Origin: Rebecca billardiae RCC1528
Taxonomy: Eukaryota; Protista; Haptophyta
Reading direction: 5' to 3'
DNA: 64,000 nt
Assembly (NCBI GenBank): GCA_965240325.2
Contig: OZ251233.1
Span: 2,170,001 to 2,234,000, forward strand
Part shown: one piece after another, positions 1-11,650 of the stretch
How the letters are laid out: every line of letters starts with the position of its first letter
Position numbering within the stretch: the stretch's first letter is position 1
Position numbers and translations under genes: made by a program
Notes under the pieces: generated by a model
Databases searched by the model: none
The model's input: only the letters and a program-made list of their open reading frames with translations
What the model was told of the DNA's origin: nothing

Positions 1-2545
1 GCGGAGGCCGAGGCGAGCGCGAGGCACAGGGGCGCGCTGGAGGAGCAGCGCGTGCGCGCGGACATCGCGGAGGCGCGCGCGCGCGAGGCTGAGCGCGCGC
101 TCCGCGCGCTCGAGGCCACTGCAACCCGCCCTGCGCCGCCGCACACGCAGCGGCGCAGGGTGGGCTCGGCGCGCGCGCGCCAAGCGGCCGCGGCCGACGA
201 CGGCGGGCCCGGCGGGGCGGCATGCGCGCTCGCGCTGGCGGCCGCGCTCGCCGCGGCGTGCGCCACGGCGCGTGCCGCCACGGCCGCGATCGGCCGCCGC
301 CCCGCGCCGCCGATGCGCGCCGCACCGCCCGCGCCGCGCGCGCGCTGCGTGCGCGACGCTCGCTCCGGCTCAGACTGTGTGCTGGCCGGCACAGCAGACG
401 CGGCGGTGGGCACTGCGCACGCGGCGGCGGCCGGCGGCGCCGAGGCGGCGGCGGCGGCGGCGATCGCGGCGGCGGGGATGCGCCTCGTCGCGCGCACGCA
501 CCGGCGTGCGCTCGCGCGTCGCGCGCGCGACCAAGCCGCGTCCGCCATCGCCAGCGCCGCGCTGCGTCTCGTCGCGCGCCGGCAGCGCCACGTGCTGGCG
601 CGCGCGCGCGCGGACGCGGCCGCGGCGCGCGCGGAGGTGGACGCGGCGCTGGCGGACGCGGCGCTGGCGCGTGCGCGCGCGCTCGGCGCAGACGACGGTG
701 CGAGCCGCGAGCTCGCGAGCTGCGCGTCCGACGCGGACGACCTCTCGTCCTCCTCCGCCGACGAGGCCGCGCGCTCGCCCGCCTCCGCGGCCGCGCGCTC
801 GCCAGCCGCCGCGGCCGCGCGCCGGCTGCCGTGCTCGCCCGACGGCGCCCAGCTGGTGCGCGCGCCCGCGGCGCTTGCGATGCTCGAGCGCGCGCGGGCG
901 CGCGAGCGCGCCGCGCGGCGCACGTGCCGGCTGCACGCGTGGCGCCTCTCCGCGAGCAAGGCCACCTCGGGCCGCGCGCTCGTGCGCATGTACGGCCAAC
1001 TCTCCGACGCTCGCGTGCACGCGGAGCTGATTGAGGCGGCTGTCAACGTCGCCACGGCGAGCGCTCGGCCGGGCACGCACGCGCCCGCGCCCACGCTCGC
1101 GAGTGGCAGCGCGCCGCCGTCGCTGCCCGCCTCGACGCATGCCTCGCCGCCGCCCGTGGCGGCTCCAAGCCCGCCCGCCGCCGACACCGGGCAGCACGGC
1201 GCGCCCACGGCTGGCGGCGCCGCCGACGGCGCAGACGGTCGCGCGTGCTGCTGCGCTCGGCCGCACGCCACGGCGGCGGGCGCGGCGGCGGCGCTGCGCA
1301 TTGTCGCGAGCGGGCTGGAGGCGTGCGACGAGGCCAGCCCGCTCAGCGACGCGGCGCTCTCCGCCGACGCGCCGCACGCGCCGCCGGCCGTGCTGCGCGC
1401 AGGCCGCGCGGCCGCGCTGCGCTGCGGCAGCAGCGGCAGCTCAGTCGGAATCGTCACGGCCGCGCCCTCGCCGCTGTCGGACGCGTGGCCCCTTGAGGGG
1501 CAGGAGGAGGCGGGCGGCGAGGAGGCGACGGGCGCGCTGCTGCTGCAGCCGTCATCGCAGCCGCCGTCGCGGCGCGCGCTCACGCCGGTGCGCGCGCGCG
1601 CCTCCCACGCCCGTTGGCGCTCTACCCCTGCGCCCGCGCGCGCCCGCGCCCGCGCGCGCGCCGCCCTGCGCTGCCCTGCGCTGCTCGCCCGGCTCAGCCC
1701 TCGGCCCGTGCCCGGCGCGCGCGCGCTCCGCGCCGCCGCCTGCCCGCGCGCCGCAGGAGCCGTGGGGCGCCCTCGTCTACCTCTCCTCGCCCTCCGCTGG
1801 CTCGGAGCAGGACGCCCCGTCCGGCTGCTCCCCTGGCGGCTGGGAGATGACGGCCTGGGCGGAGATGGGCGCGGCGGGCCCCGGCGCGCGGGGCGGCGAG
1901 TGGTCGTACGAGGGGCAGCCCGGCGCCGTGGCGTGGTCGAGCGTGCTCGCGCGTACGGACGCGCTGAGCAGCAGCCTCGCGGCCGCGGCCACGCGCGCTG
2001 TCGGCGCGGCCGAGCTCATGGCGCCTGGCTGGGCGGCCACGGAGCCCGCGCGGCCGGGCGCGCAAGGGAGCGCGCAGGCCGCGCATGCGCCCGCGCCGCC
2101 GTCCGCCGAGCCGTGCGACGAGCCAGCCGCGCCAGCCGCGCCATCGCTGGCGGAGGCGCGCGCACCGGCGACCCAGCTCGCCGCACAGGCGCCGGAGGAG
2201 TCTGCGCCGCGCCACGTGGTCGTGGTCGCCCACCCCGCGGCGGCCCCGCCTCCGCAGCAGCCGACCACCGTGTCCGCCGTGACTGGTCCGCGCGCAGGTG
2301 CGGGCCAGCGCGTCGTGCCACTGTGCCCGGAGCTGCCCGGAGGCAAGGGCGCGGGCGCACCGCTTACGCAGCCCGGGCATGCACGTCGGGCGATGCGCGT
2401 GGCCAATCGCTCGTGCTCGCCGGTCAAAAAGGGCGCGCGGCGCATGCGGCGCGGCGCCTCCATGGACGACCTCAAGTCGAAGGCCGCCGCCGCGGGCGCG
2501 GCGGCGCGCAGCTCGAGTCCCACGACGAGCAGCATCACGCACTGA
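1..2545 (+). CDS. Hypothetical Ala-rich protein, 5'-truncated by the window; predicted intron 1588-1756
   Basis: Frame +1 is open from base 1. A GT donor at 1588 (CCG|GTGCGC) and AG acceptor at 1755-1756 (CCGCAG|GAG) join it in phase 0 to the EPWGALVY...SSSITH* exon (stop ending 2545). No recognisable domain. Confidence 0.5.
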
Positions 2546-2899
2546 TGCAGCCATCATCCTAGTGATTGATATGCATGATTACGTAACGACTATCTATAGT
2601 GAATGATGATGTAACGTACGACTCGGACTCAACAGGGCACAGGCGGTCCCATCCGAGGGCGAGGGCATCATCGGTGATCGGGCATGGCAACTTCTGCCCA
2701 ACTTCATGAACTGATGATGAACTTCGTCTTCTTCTGGTGGCTCGGCCGGCCATCCCGATTCCCGCCGCATGATGAGGATGAGATGACAGCCTGAGCCGGT
2801 CATGATCGCGCAGGCCTGCAGGAGTGTGTTGCCTCCTGGCTCCCGATTCCCGAAAGTCGCGTCCACCCGGCTTGCCAAATTGCCGGGCTCGGGGCTGAT

Positions 2900-5527
2900 A
2901 TGGCGGGAAGGGCCACGAGCCCTCGTGCCCTCGCGGCCGCGCTCATTGCGGTGGCGGCGGGCATTCTGCCCAAGTGCGCGCACGCGTCGGCCTTGGATGG
3001 GCGCACACTCGTGTGTGTCTTCGGGGACAACTCCACCGAGCTTTTCCTCTTCCACACGGGAGCTCACGTGAGCCGCGCCGTCATCTTTGGCAGCGGCGCG
3101 GTCGTGTACACGCCTGGCGAGCATGCGAACCTGCGCGAGTGCAGCGTCCTCCTCGGCTCGGAAGCGGCGCTTCCGGAGGCCGCGCGCGGACGCCGCGATG
3201 CGTCTGTGGGGGGCTCGCATCGGGTCCCCGTCGTGCACATCGAGCACGTGCCGACCGAGGCCGGCGGTGAGGCTTGCGCACGGTCAGACGGGCTTGTCAG
3301 CATGAGCACGTGGTCGCCGCCCGACGTGGCGGCTCGGCTGGTCAAGATGTGGATGCGTCATGATAAGGAGACTACTGGTGGCGACAGACGGCGGCTCGCG
3401 GGCGTACCGGCCGGCCCCGGCGCAGGATTCGCGTACATCACCTCCATGGATGCAGCCGCCGAGCCGCCACACATGCGCCCCCTCGTGCTCGCAGCGCACG
3501 ACGTCTCGGCAGTGGTCCTCGCCCCTGTTGCACGCGCTCTCGGCTGCGGCGGGCTGGTCCATATGCCCGATGGCGCGCTGGGCTGTGCAAGAGAGGAGAG
3601 GCACAACCCGACATCAGCTCTCGCAGCATCTGTCGTGCAGCTGCGGGCTGCACAGCCAGACGACCTTACCATTGCTGCAGAGGGAGCGCCCATCCGGCTC
3701 GGCGCTCCTACCAACACCACGCGTGACGAGGTCGAGGTGCAGCCAAGCGAGCTTTTGGCCACCTTCACGGTTGTCAACGTGAGCTCGCCCGGCGCAAGCG
3801 CGCGGCTGCTCGCGGCGGTCGAGGCGGCTTCCATCCCAGTCGTCTTCGGTGCTGACTCGCTTCACGGCGCTGTGCAGACGTGTGCAGCACGCCTTGCAGC
3901 ATCAGCCGCGTGGGCCCGAGCAGCGCTCGTCGCTGATGACAGCCTTGCAGGGGCGCTGCCTCAGCTGGGCGCGCTGCTCGCGCCTCAGCTCGATGCGCGG
4001 ATGGAGCTGGCACGACAGATGGCGAGAGCGCGTGGCTGGTACTCGAAGCTGATGGGGAGCGTGACGCGTGATGTCGAGCACGCGCTCATTGCGCTCGGAG
4101 GCGAGGCAGTGTCCAAGGGCTGGGGGCAGGGATCTGGCCGGGCGTCCGGCGCGGGCGCAGACGGTGACGAGAAGCCGCCAACGTGCGAAGTCGGCGCAGA
4201 GCGCGTCCGCCTGAGCGCCGAGGGTGGCGAGACCATCCCCGCATGGGTCACTCTGACTCACGCGAGCAAGTGTGCTTCAGGGCTGGCCGATGCGTGGAAT
4301 GGTGAGCTACGCCCACCAGCACAGCAGAGTCCCCGAGCTGACGAGGGGCTCGATGGGAGTTTCGGCATTCGCAAGCTGCCACCGATCGTCGTCATCTACG
4401 GGCTAGGCACGACGGCCACACGCTCGGCGTTCGAGACCATCTGCAGGGGCGGTGCGTCCGCGTTTCACTGGGACTCAACGTGCAACGTGGAGAGGCCAGG
4501 AGCAGACACTCACAGGGCAGCGCGCATGCGCCGCATCAGGCAGGCCCGACGCTCGGAGGTCGCCAACTGGAAGAAGTCCTCGACGGGCATTGCGCAGCTG
4601 TCCTTCGATGATCTGCACAGCTGCATGCGCTGCTCCGCGCGGCGCAGGTCGGAGACGACGGCTGCTGGGCAGGGCCAGCATGGTGGCTGTGACGCAGAGG
4701 GGAAGGTGGCCAACTGCACGGCTGGGCAGTGGGGCGCTCGGCTGCGTGCGCGACTCGCCGGCGCGTTCGACTGGCAGGAGCAAGGCCTGGTGGTGCTCAG
4801 CGGCACGCCGTTCCCCTCGCTGCTGCCTGCGGAGATTCTGGCACTGGCGCCGCCCGAGCGCGGCGTGCTACTGGTCAACACGCTGAGGCCTGCTGAAGAC
4901 TGGGCGCTCTCGCGCGCGTGGCGCCACAACGAGGAGCTCTGCACGCGCGGGCGCACGTACACGCCTGCACTCTCCGCGAACGCCACGGAGGCGAGCGACC
5001 CCTCCGCCCTCTTCAAGCTCGGCGCCTGCCTCGACGGCGTGGATGAGGATGTGGCCGTGGGTACGCTCTTCAAGCTCGGCGCACCTGGCGTGACAAGCGT
5101 GCCGAGGGTCTTTGGAGGGCAGCACGCATCGCACGACGAGATGATGGCCGCCCAATGGCGCGATCATGTGCCGATGGGCGCGCATGAGCTCAAGCTCGAG
5201 TTTGCACATCGCAACGCGCAGGTGCGGGCCCTGGCGGCCGACGCGCAGGCCATGGCGCGCACACAAGGAAGATGGCTGGGTTACTGGGAGCTCTGTGCCT
5301 GGGACGATGCGCCTGGCGGCGACGTGCCTCTGCAGAACAAGCAGCCACCAGGGGAGCCGGACGGCAGGCCAGCGATACCCAACGATGACGGCGCTGCCAG
5401 CCGTGCGTCGAGCGTCTACCGAGGTGGCTGCTCGTTCGAGCACTCGTTGGACACGCTCAGCAGGCAGGTGAGCAAGCTGGCTCTGGAGGCACCCCCCAGG
5501 GCAAGAGTCGTGCGTGGAGGTGCGTAA
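2900..5527 (+). CDS. Secreted/membrane-anchored protein with a C-terminal P-loop sulfotransferase-like domain
   Basis: 875-aa ORF with a hydrophobic N-terminus (ALAAALIAVAAGIL). IVVIYGLGTTATRS resembles the sulfotransferase 5'-PSB loop, and LLVNTLRPAEDWALSR resembles the ILTvRd.e.W..S motif of Sulfotransfer_4-like proteins. Confidence 0.55.
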   Translation: MAGRATSPRALAAALIAVAAGILPKCAHASALDGRTLVCVFGDNSTELFLFHTGAHVSRAVIFGSGAVVYTPGEHANLRECSVLLGSEAALPEAARGRRDASVGGSHRVPVVHIEHVPTEAGGEACARSDGLVSMSTWSPPDVAARLVKMWMRHDKETTGGDRRRLAGVPAGPGAGFAYITSMDAAAEPPHMRPLVLAAHDVSAVVLAPVARALGCGGLVHMPDGALGCAREERHNPTSALAASVVQLRAAQPDDLTIAAEGAPIRLGAPTNTTRDEVEVQPSELLATFTVVNVSSPGASARLLAAVEAASIPVVFGADSLHGAVQTCAARLAASAAWARAALVADDSLAGALPQLGALLAPQLDARMELARQMARARGWYSKLMGSVTRDVEHALIALGGEAVSKGWGQGSGRASGAGADGDEKPPTCEVGAERVRLSAEGGETIPAWVTLTHASKCASGLADAWNGELRPPAQQSPRADEGLDGSFGIRKLPPIVVIYGLGTTATRSAFETICRGGASAFHWDSTCNVERPGADTHRAARMRRIRQARRSEVANWKKSSTGIAQLSFDDLHSCMRCSARRRSETTAAGQGQHGGCDAEGKVANCTAGQWGARLRARLAGAFDWQEQGLVVLSGTPFPSLLPAEILALAPPERGVLLVNTLRPAEDWALSRAWRHNEELCTRGRTYTPALSANATEASDPSALFKLGACLDGVDEDVAVGTLFKLGAPGVTSVPRVFGGQHASHDEMMAAQWRDHVPMGAHELKLEFAHRNAQVRALAADAQAMARTQGRWLGYWELCAWDDAPGGDVPLQNKQPPGEPDGRPAIPNDDGAASRASSVYRGGCSFEHSLDTLSRQVSKLALEAPPRARVVRGGA

Positions 5528-5778
5528 CCAGAGTGCCCCCTGACTGAATCACGACTACTCAATCACTCGATCAATGAGTGCCGCCCGCAGCGGGCTCCGT
5601 CCGGGCCACTGGGCCGCCGATGCAGTGACTGTGACCCAGAACGGCCCGGATCAGTGACGAGTTCTGACCGTACTGTCTACTTATAATAATATATATAAGC
5701 AATAAGCAGCTATCATCGTAAGGCAGTAGCACTAGTGAGAAGTCGCGTAGTCGTATACGAATAGTATATATAGTTATA

Positions 5779-6664
5779 CAGGGCCGGCGGCTCTGCCAAC
5801 ATTAAACTGGATGATGGACACTTTGCTGATGGCCACTTTATTGGGCAGCAGCTCAGCGTGCGGCCTGTGGCTGCCTCGCGCGGGGTCAGGAGCGGCCAGC
5901 TCGGCTCGTGTAGTGCACTCCATCGGGGTCTATCTGCGACCGCACATAGCCGGGCAGCCCGGCCGCGTTGAGCACGACCCCGCCTCTGGGTCATTCGGAC
6001 AGTCGGCACAAGGCTGGTAGTGAGGGGGGGGAGGCAGCAGTGTGGCTTCTGCTGCACATGTCTTTAGCCAGCGCAAGCCCGCTAAAGGCCGCCCAGATAT
6101 TAACGTGGCATGGTCGGTGACTATGCAACATGCGCTTGACAGCCCTGGGCGAGCCCGGGCGTAGCGCTACACCAGGAGCATATACGGCCCGATCGGTCCA
6201 GCCTACCAGTTGCACACCTCCGCTCTTGCACAGCTGCTGCACAGCCAGTCGATCGGCTCTGGTCGTGCAGCAACTTGGGCTACACTCGGCGCCACTACCC
6301 GCAGCGAAAGCTGGAGGCCCACCAGTGCGCACACCAACCCGCCCGCCGTCAAATGCAACCGTGCGCCACATACGAATTTCAGCATGCATGCCACAGTCAC
6401 TGACACTGGGGCTCAGTGGACCTGTTCAAAGCCAAACGCTAGTCGGTTGAGCTGTACACTCCAAGCCAGCCCTGGCCACACGCACAGCGCGCCGCTCGCT
6501 GCAACCACATCCTCAGATCCTGTCGTCATCCGAGGAGTAAGGTCTGTGGCGCTACTGTGAGCTTCTGGCCCATCATCTCATCGTCAGCAGCCGTAGTCCT
6601 ATATATAAGCAAAAATCATCAGCAGTGTCCGATCAATTCTATTCGTCAACTGTTGGGGACCCTG
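5779..6664. mobile_element. Degenerate TA-flanked non-autonomous DNA transposon, ends related to the 55203-58378 element
   Basis: Left end TA|CAGGGCC[ggcggctctg]CCAACATT; right end reverse complement TA|CAGGGTCCCCAACAGTT. Both resemble CAGGGGTCTCAACAATT at 55203. No convincing coding region. Confidence 0.4.
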
Positions 6665-7211
6665 TACAATGATATGAGTGTCAGCACTATACCTCGAGAG
6701 ACGACAAGACGACAGAGCAGATCTATGGAGCGAGCGAGCGAGCGAGATCTGCTAGCAGCACTCAAGCAGCACATCGATATAGATTTTATTATTATTAATT
6801 ATAAGCAGAGAGTAGTCAAAGATCCATCATCGCCGCCGCCGCAATAAGGCTCTATCTCGCCCGGCGCCGGGGCGGGGGCGGCGCCGCCGCCGCGCGGGGC
6901 CCCGGGGCCCCGGGGCGGCCGCTGCTGTGGAGCCGGCCGAGCGAGTTGATTGACGCGCTGCTACTAGCTAATAGTGACTCGGTTGCCGCCCCGTGGACGG
7001 CAGAGTCGGAGTGCCGCGCGCATTATCATCACAGCGCGCAGATGACGTCGTAGTATATACGATCATCGATCATCAATATAGTAGAGTCGTAGCGCATAGT
7101 TATACCATCCGCACCTGATGAGACCGAGACAGTCACAGTGACGGTCCGACCCAGGGCCAGGCTGAGTAGCCTGTTCGGCACTCCGATTGCCGTTGAGCAG
7201 CCGCGATGCGC

Positions 7212-8336
7212 TCATGCGAGCCCACTGGGCAGAGAAGCATAGCGGTTCGCGCAGCAGAATGCGCCATCGTCGCCGGCGTCGGCCCCATTAAACGCGCACT
7301 CGCACACAGTGCCGTCCGCGTGCAGCGCCCACAGCGCGTCCGTTCCTGCCATTGCGCTGGCCATGCCAGAGGCAGGCGCATCGAGCGCGATGACAGGGGC
7401 GGGCGCCGGCCCATCGGCAGCCCCGCTGCCAAACGCGAGCCGTCCGCCTGCCCGCGGGCGCAGCCCTACCGCCGAGTCCACCTCGTACAGAAAGAGGCGC
7501 GGCACGTCAGCAAGCGCGAGGACGAGCAGAGCCCGCGCTGGGTGCATGCACAGCGCAGTCACGCGCGGTCCTGCAGAGGCGCCGTCTGCGCTGGAGGCGG
7601 CGGGCGCTGCCGCTGCGTCGAGGGCGGGCGCGAAATCGGTCGCGGGCGTGCGCGTGCAGACGAGCTCGCCCGTCTCGCGCCGCCACGCGCGCACCGTGCC
7701 GTCGTCGGCCGCTGAGAAGAGCAGCGGTGCGTGCGTGCTGTCCGCGTGCGCGCTCGGCTCCAGCGCGAGCAGCCGAGGCGGCGCGGTGTGACCGAGGCAG
7801 AAGGCCTGGATCTCGAAGGCGTACGGCCAGTGCGCCACTCGGATGCGAAGGTCCTCATCCGCCGTGACCACCCGGTTGCCCTCGCGCGCGCGCATCAGCG
7901 CGGTGATCGTGCTCACGTGCCCCAGCACGAGCGAGCGCTCGTGCGCCGCCTCGCGCTCCGCCTCCTCGGATGCCGGCGCGGCCGCGGCCGCAGCGGGGCC
8001 GTGGAGCACGCAGACGTCGCCAAACTTGTCGGCGTACACGACGGAGGTGCCATCAAACACGATCGCCGCGATCCGCTTCGTGACCGTCCGGCTCCACAGC
8101 GGCGCCCGCGCCCGCGCGTCCCAAACGGTGAGCGTCTTGCCATTCGCGCTCGCGACGCGTGTGCCCGTCGCGTCGAGTGCGACGGCGGTGACCTCGCTGT
8201 CGACGCTGCCGAGCGTGGTGGCGACGTCAGAGCTCGACGCGCTCGACCAGGCGCGCACGTCGTTGCCCACGCCGAGCGCCGCGACGCAGCCGCCGTCGGT
8301 CGCGAGCAACGCGCCCGTCGCGAGGGAGGCCGCCAT
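7212..8336 (-). CDS. WDR4: tRNA (guanine-N7)-methyltransferase non-catalytic WD40 subunit (Trm82/WDR4)
   Basis: Family motifs YADKFGDV, LGHVSTITAL and VTADEDLRIRVAHWPYAFEIQAFCLGHT; first in-frame ATG at 8336. Confidence 0.85.
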   Translation of the reverse strand: MAASLATGALLATDGGCVAALGVGNDVRAWSSASSSDVATTLGSVDSEVTAVALDATGTRVASANGKTLTVWDARARAPLWSRTVTKRIAAIVFDGTSVVYADKFGDVCVLHGPAAAAAAPASEEAEREAAHERSLVLGHVSTITALMRAREGNRVVTADEDLRIRVAHWPYAFEIQAFCLGHTAPPRLLALEPSAHADSTHAPLLFSAADDGTVRAWRRETGELVCTRTPATDFAPALDAAAAPAASSADGASAGPRVTALCMHPARALLVLALADVPRLFLYEVDSAVGLRPRAGGRLAFGSGAADGPAPAPVIALDAPASGMASAMAGTDALWALHADGTVCECAFNGADAGDDGAFCCANRYASLPSGLA

Positions 8337-8401
8337 CGCTGCCCACGTGGCGGGTACCAAACCCGCCCGCCCGGCGCGGCCCCCGCCGGTTGCTCATCGA
8401 G

Positions 8402-8728
8402 TGTCAAAGGGTGAAGAGAGCGACAGGGCCGTGAGGCCCGAGAGCGTGACGAGGGGGGCGAGGATGCCCCGAGAGACGGAGGTTCGACTGATGCAATGCG
8501 AAGCGGTATGAACTGAACGAGCCGGTCACTAGGGGGGCATCCGACAGTCCTAGGACCGTGTAGGAGGCACTGATAGCCATCAACGGGTAAGTCGTGAAAT
8601 GAACCATGACGGGAGTAAGTGTGATGCCGACCTGATAATGAGAGTCGGCGTATGTGGTGTCCAGTGACGGTTGGTGATCCGGGTGTGTACGCACAGGAGA
8701 GCGAGTCCGGTAACGTTGGATCTTGACA
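8402..8728 (-). repeat. 3' LTR of the Copia element
   Basis: TGTCAA...TTGACA ends; no mismatch to 11650-11976 seen by eye. Confidence 0.97.
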
Positions 8729-8737
8729 CCCCCACCC
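8729..8737 (-). other. Polypurine tract (GGGTGGGGG)
   Basis: Purine-rich run abutting the 3' LTR on the element strand. Confidence 0.75.
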
Positions 8738-8994
8738 AATCGCAGCGGTGGTCGTACGAAACCTGGTCGACCCGAAGGGACTGGGTGTAGACACGTGACC
8801 GTCGTGTGATTGTAGATGATGCGATGTTGCCGTATGGGATGCATGCGTCGGAGCGGTTGTCCGAGTAGACGATGTAGAAGTCGGGCGAGTCGGTGCCGGC
8901 AGCGTCTCCGTTCAGAAGAGACAGCGCGAGGTCAATGTGCGTCCGACGAGCGGCGACCGATGTAGCACTGGGACTTCGTGTGTGCGGCGAGGCT

Positions 8995-11170
8995 TTACAT
9001 GCCCAGGAGCTGAGCACGAAGTTTGAGGAAGGCGGCCGGGCCGAGCGGCTTGGTCATGATGTCGGCCGGGTTCTCGGTGCCGGGGATCAAGAAGAGCTTG
9101 AAGGTGCCGGCGCGGGCGTGCTGACGGTTCCAGTGGTACTGGACGTCGATGTGCTTGGTGCGGTTGTGGTACTTCTCGTTGTCCGTGAGGTCCACCACCG
9201 CCTTGTTGTCCTCGAAGAGCTTGGTCGGCGCGAGCTGCGGGTAGCCGAGGTCGGTGAGCAGCTTGCGCATGAAGATGATCTCCTTGCCGGCGGAGGTGAC
9301 GGCCATGTACTCAGCTTCGGTCGAGCTCAGAGCCGTCGTGCGCTGCTTCTCGCGGCGGCCGCTCACCGTCGAGCCGCAGAGGTGCATCACGTAGCCGGTG
9401 ACAGACTTGCGCTCGTCGTGGAGATCGTTGGCGTAGTCAGCGTCCACGTACGCGATGAGCGTGACGTCCGAGCCCGAGCGGAAGAAGAGGCCGAGGTTCG
9501 GCGTGCCGGCGAGGTAGCGGATGATGCGCGTGGCAGCCTCGAGGTGCTTCTTGCCCGGCTTGGACATGAAGTGGGTGAGCGTGCCGACGGCGTAGGCGAT
9601 GTCCGGGCGGAACTGCGTGATGTGGATGAGCGAGCCGACCACGGAGCGGAAGAACGTCGTCGTCTCCGCGTCGAGCGCGTCCGACTCGGAGCACGGGCCG
9701 AGCTTGAGGCCCTCGGTCATCGGCGTGTCGGACGTGTTGCAGTTCATGAAGCCCGTCTTCTCGAGGAGCTCGAGGATGTTCTTGGTGACGGTCACCATGA
9801 TGCCGTCCTTGGAGCGCGTGAGCGTGGCCGACAGGTAGCCGTCGATGTCGGCCGTGATGGTCATCTTGTACGAGGATGTGATCTTCGAGATGAAGTTGTC
9901 GCAGGCGGTCGGGTCGTCGCTGTCGTCGAGGATGAGCATGTCGTCCACGTAGATGCACACGGCGATGATGCCCGACTGCGTGTTGAGGACATAGAGGCAC
10001 GGGTCGGCCTGGCTCTGCGCGAACCCGTACTCCTTCATCCAGTCGTCGATCATGAGACGCCAGTTGCGGCCGGACTGCTTGAGACCGTAGAGGCTCTTGA
10101 GGAGGCGCAGCACGACGTCACCCTTCGCCTTCGGCTTGTACCCGAGCGGCAGCTCGAGGTAGATCTCGTAGTCGATCGGCGCGTTGAGGTACGCCGTCGT
10201 GAAGTCGCCGTGGAAGAGGCGGCGCTGCTTGGCCGCGGCGATGGCGATGATCATCTTGAGGGTCTCGTAGCGGACGACCGAGGAGAAGGTCTCGTCGTAG
10301 TCGATGCCCTCGATCTGCGTGAAGCCCTTGCCCACGACGCGGGCCTTGAACCGCTTGATGTTGCCCTTCTTGTCGCGCTTGATGTTGAACACGGGCGCCG
10401 CCTTCAGCGTGCGCATCCCCGGCTTGCGCGGCACCTCCACCCACGTGTTGTTGGCCAGGATGGAGGCGTACTCGGCGTCGAGAGCGGCGGCGAACTGCGT
10501 CGCATGCGGGCCGTTGAGTGCTTGCACCGCCGTCGGCGTGTCCGAGAGTCCGATGGAGAGCAGGAGCGCGTAGATGCGCGGCAGCGTTGAGTAAGTTGGC
10601 GACGTGACCGAGTTGGCGTGCGCGCGCGCGCGCGTGCGAGATGAGGGCGGGTCGTCGTCGTTGAGCGCGTTGCCGACATCGAGGGAGTCCTCGGCGCCGG
10701 CGGCGTCGTCGTCAGCGTCTCCGACGTAGGCGTGCGGTGCGTCCCCCACCCGCTCAGCGTGTCCGAATGAGCCGGCGCCATCGCGGCGCCGCACGGCGCC
10801 GTGGGAACTTCCCCCATTACCCACATCGGCAGCATGGAGGTCGAGCGGCGGCGGCGTCGGCGGCAGCTGCGGCGCGGCGGCGAGCGGGTCGCGCGCGATG
10901 CGAGCGGCGTCGGGGTGGTCGACGTAGAGCGTGTCCTCGTCGAAGCGCACGTGGTGCGAGATGATGAACATGTCCGGGACGATCTGGCCGTCGCCGGGCA
11001 CGCGCACGATGATCGCCTTCGTGTAGCGCGTGCGGTTCTTGGGCGGGACGTTCACCATGTGGCCGTCGTCGCCGTGGCCGACGTAGACGCCCATGACGGC
11101 GCGCGGGTCGAGCTTCTTGAAGTGCGTGTTCGGCGGCACGACGTAGGCGACGCAGCCGAAGACACCGAGC
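8995..11170 (-). pseudogene. pol: Copia pol remnant: post-integrase SH3-like region, reverse transcriptase and RNase H
   Basis: GVFGCVAYV...KLDPRA, RFKARVVGKGFTQIEGIDYDETF, LYGLKQSGRNW, YVDDML, YVDADYA, ALSSTEAEY, HIDVQYH and ADIMTK, without stops. No protease or integrase DDE core upstream. Confidence 0.92.
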
Positions 11171-11650
11171 GGCAAAATGGCTGAAGCTCTCCTGCGGCGA
11201 CAGCTTGATCGAGAGCAGGGCGTACAGCTTGGCGACGAGCGAGGAGGGGCGGGAGCTGTTGCAGCGCACGTTGAGCGCGTTGACGAGATGAGACAGCTCG
11301 AGCCCGAGACCCGAGTGCTGCAGCTGCGCGATGATCGGGTCGAGAATGCGAGGAGCGACCGCCTTGAGAAGCAACTGCACGAGGAAAGCCTGCGTGCGCA
11401 GCTGCTTGGCCTGGATGGTGGCGGCGGCGGTGGACGGGGGGCAGACGATGGGCTTGTCCGCGCCGGTATCGTCCTTGCCCGGCTCGAGGGGCGAGGACGG
11501 GTTGGAGAACGCGAGCGCGATATCCATGTCAGGCTTCGACGTGACCATGATGACAAGGACGGAGAGGGCCGTGCGGAGGTCCTGCGGCTTGAGGACGAGA
11601 GCGCGCGGCGGGAGCTGGTCACGCATGTCGCCACCCGGCGGCTCCGCCAT
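11170..11650 (-). pseudogene. gag: Truncated gag N-terminus of the Copia element
   Basis: ORF starts at the LTR/PBS boundary with gag-like helical sequence ending ...LYALLSIKLSPQESFSHFAAR, then meets pol out of frame near 11170. Confidence 0.7.
11634..11649 (-). other. Primer-binding site TGGCGGAGCCGCCGGG
   Basis: Begins with TGG (complement of tRNA CCA) directly after the 5' LTR. Confidence 0.7.

Noticed and set aside
8893-10590. 565-aa plus-strand ORF, and similar long ORFs such as 15116-17716, 29065-32091 and 35268-36905
   Set aside because: Antisense shadows of real genes caused by GC3 bias; no independent motifs.
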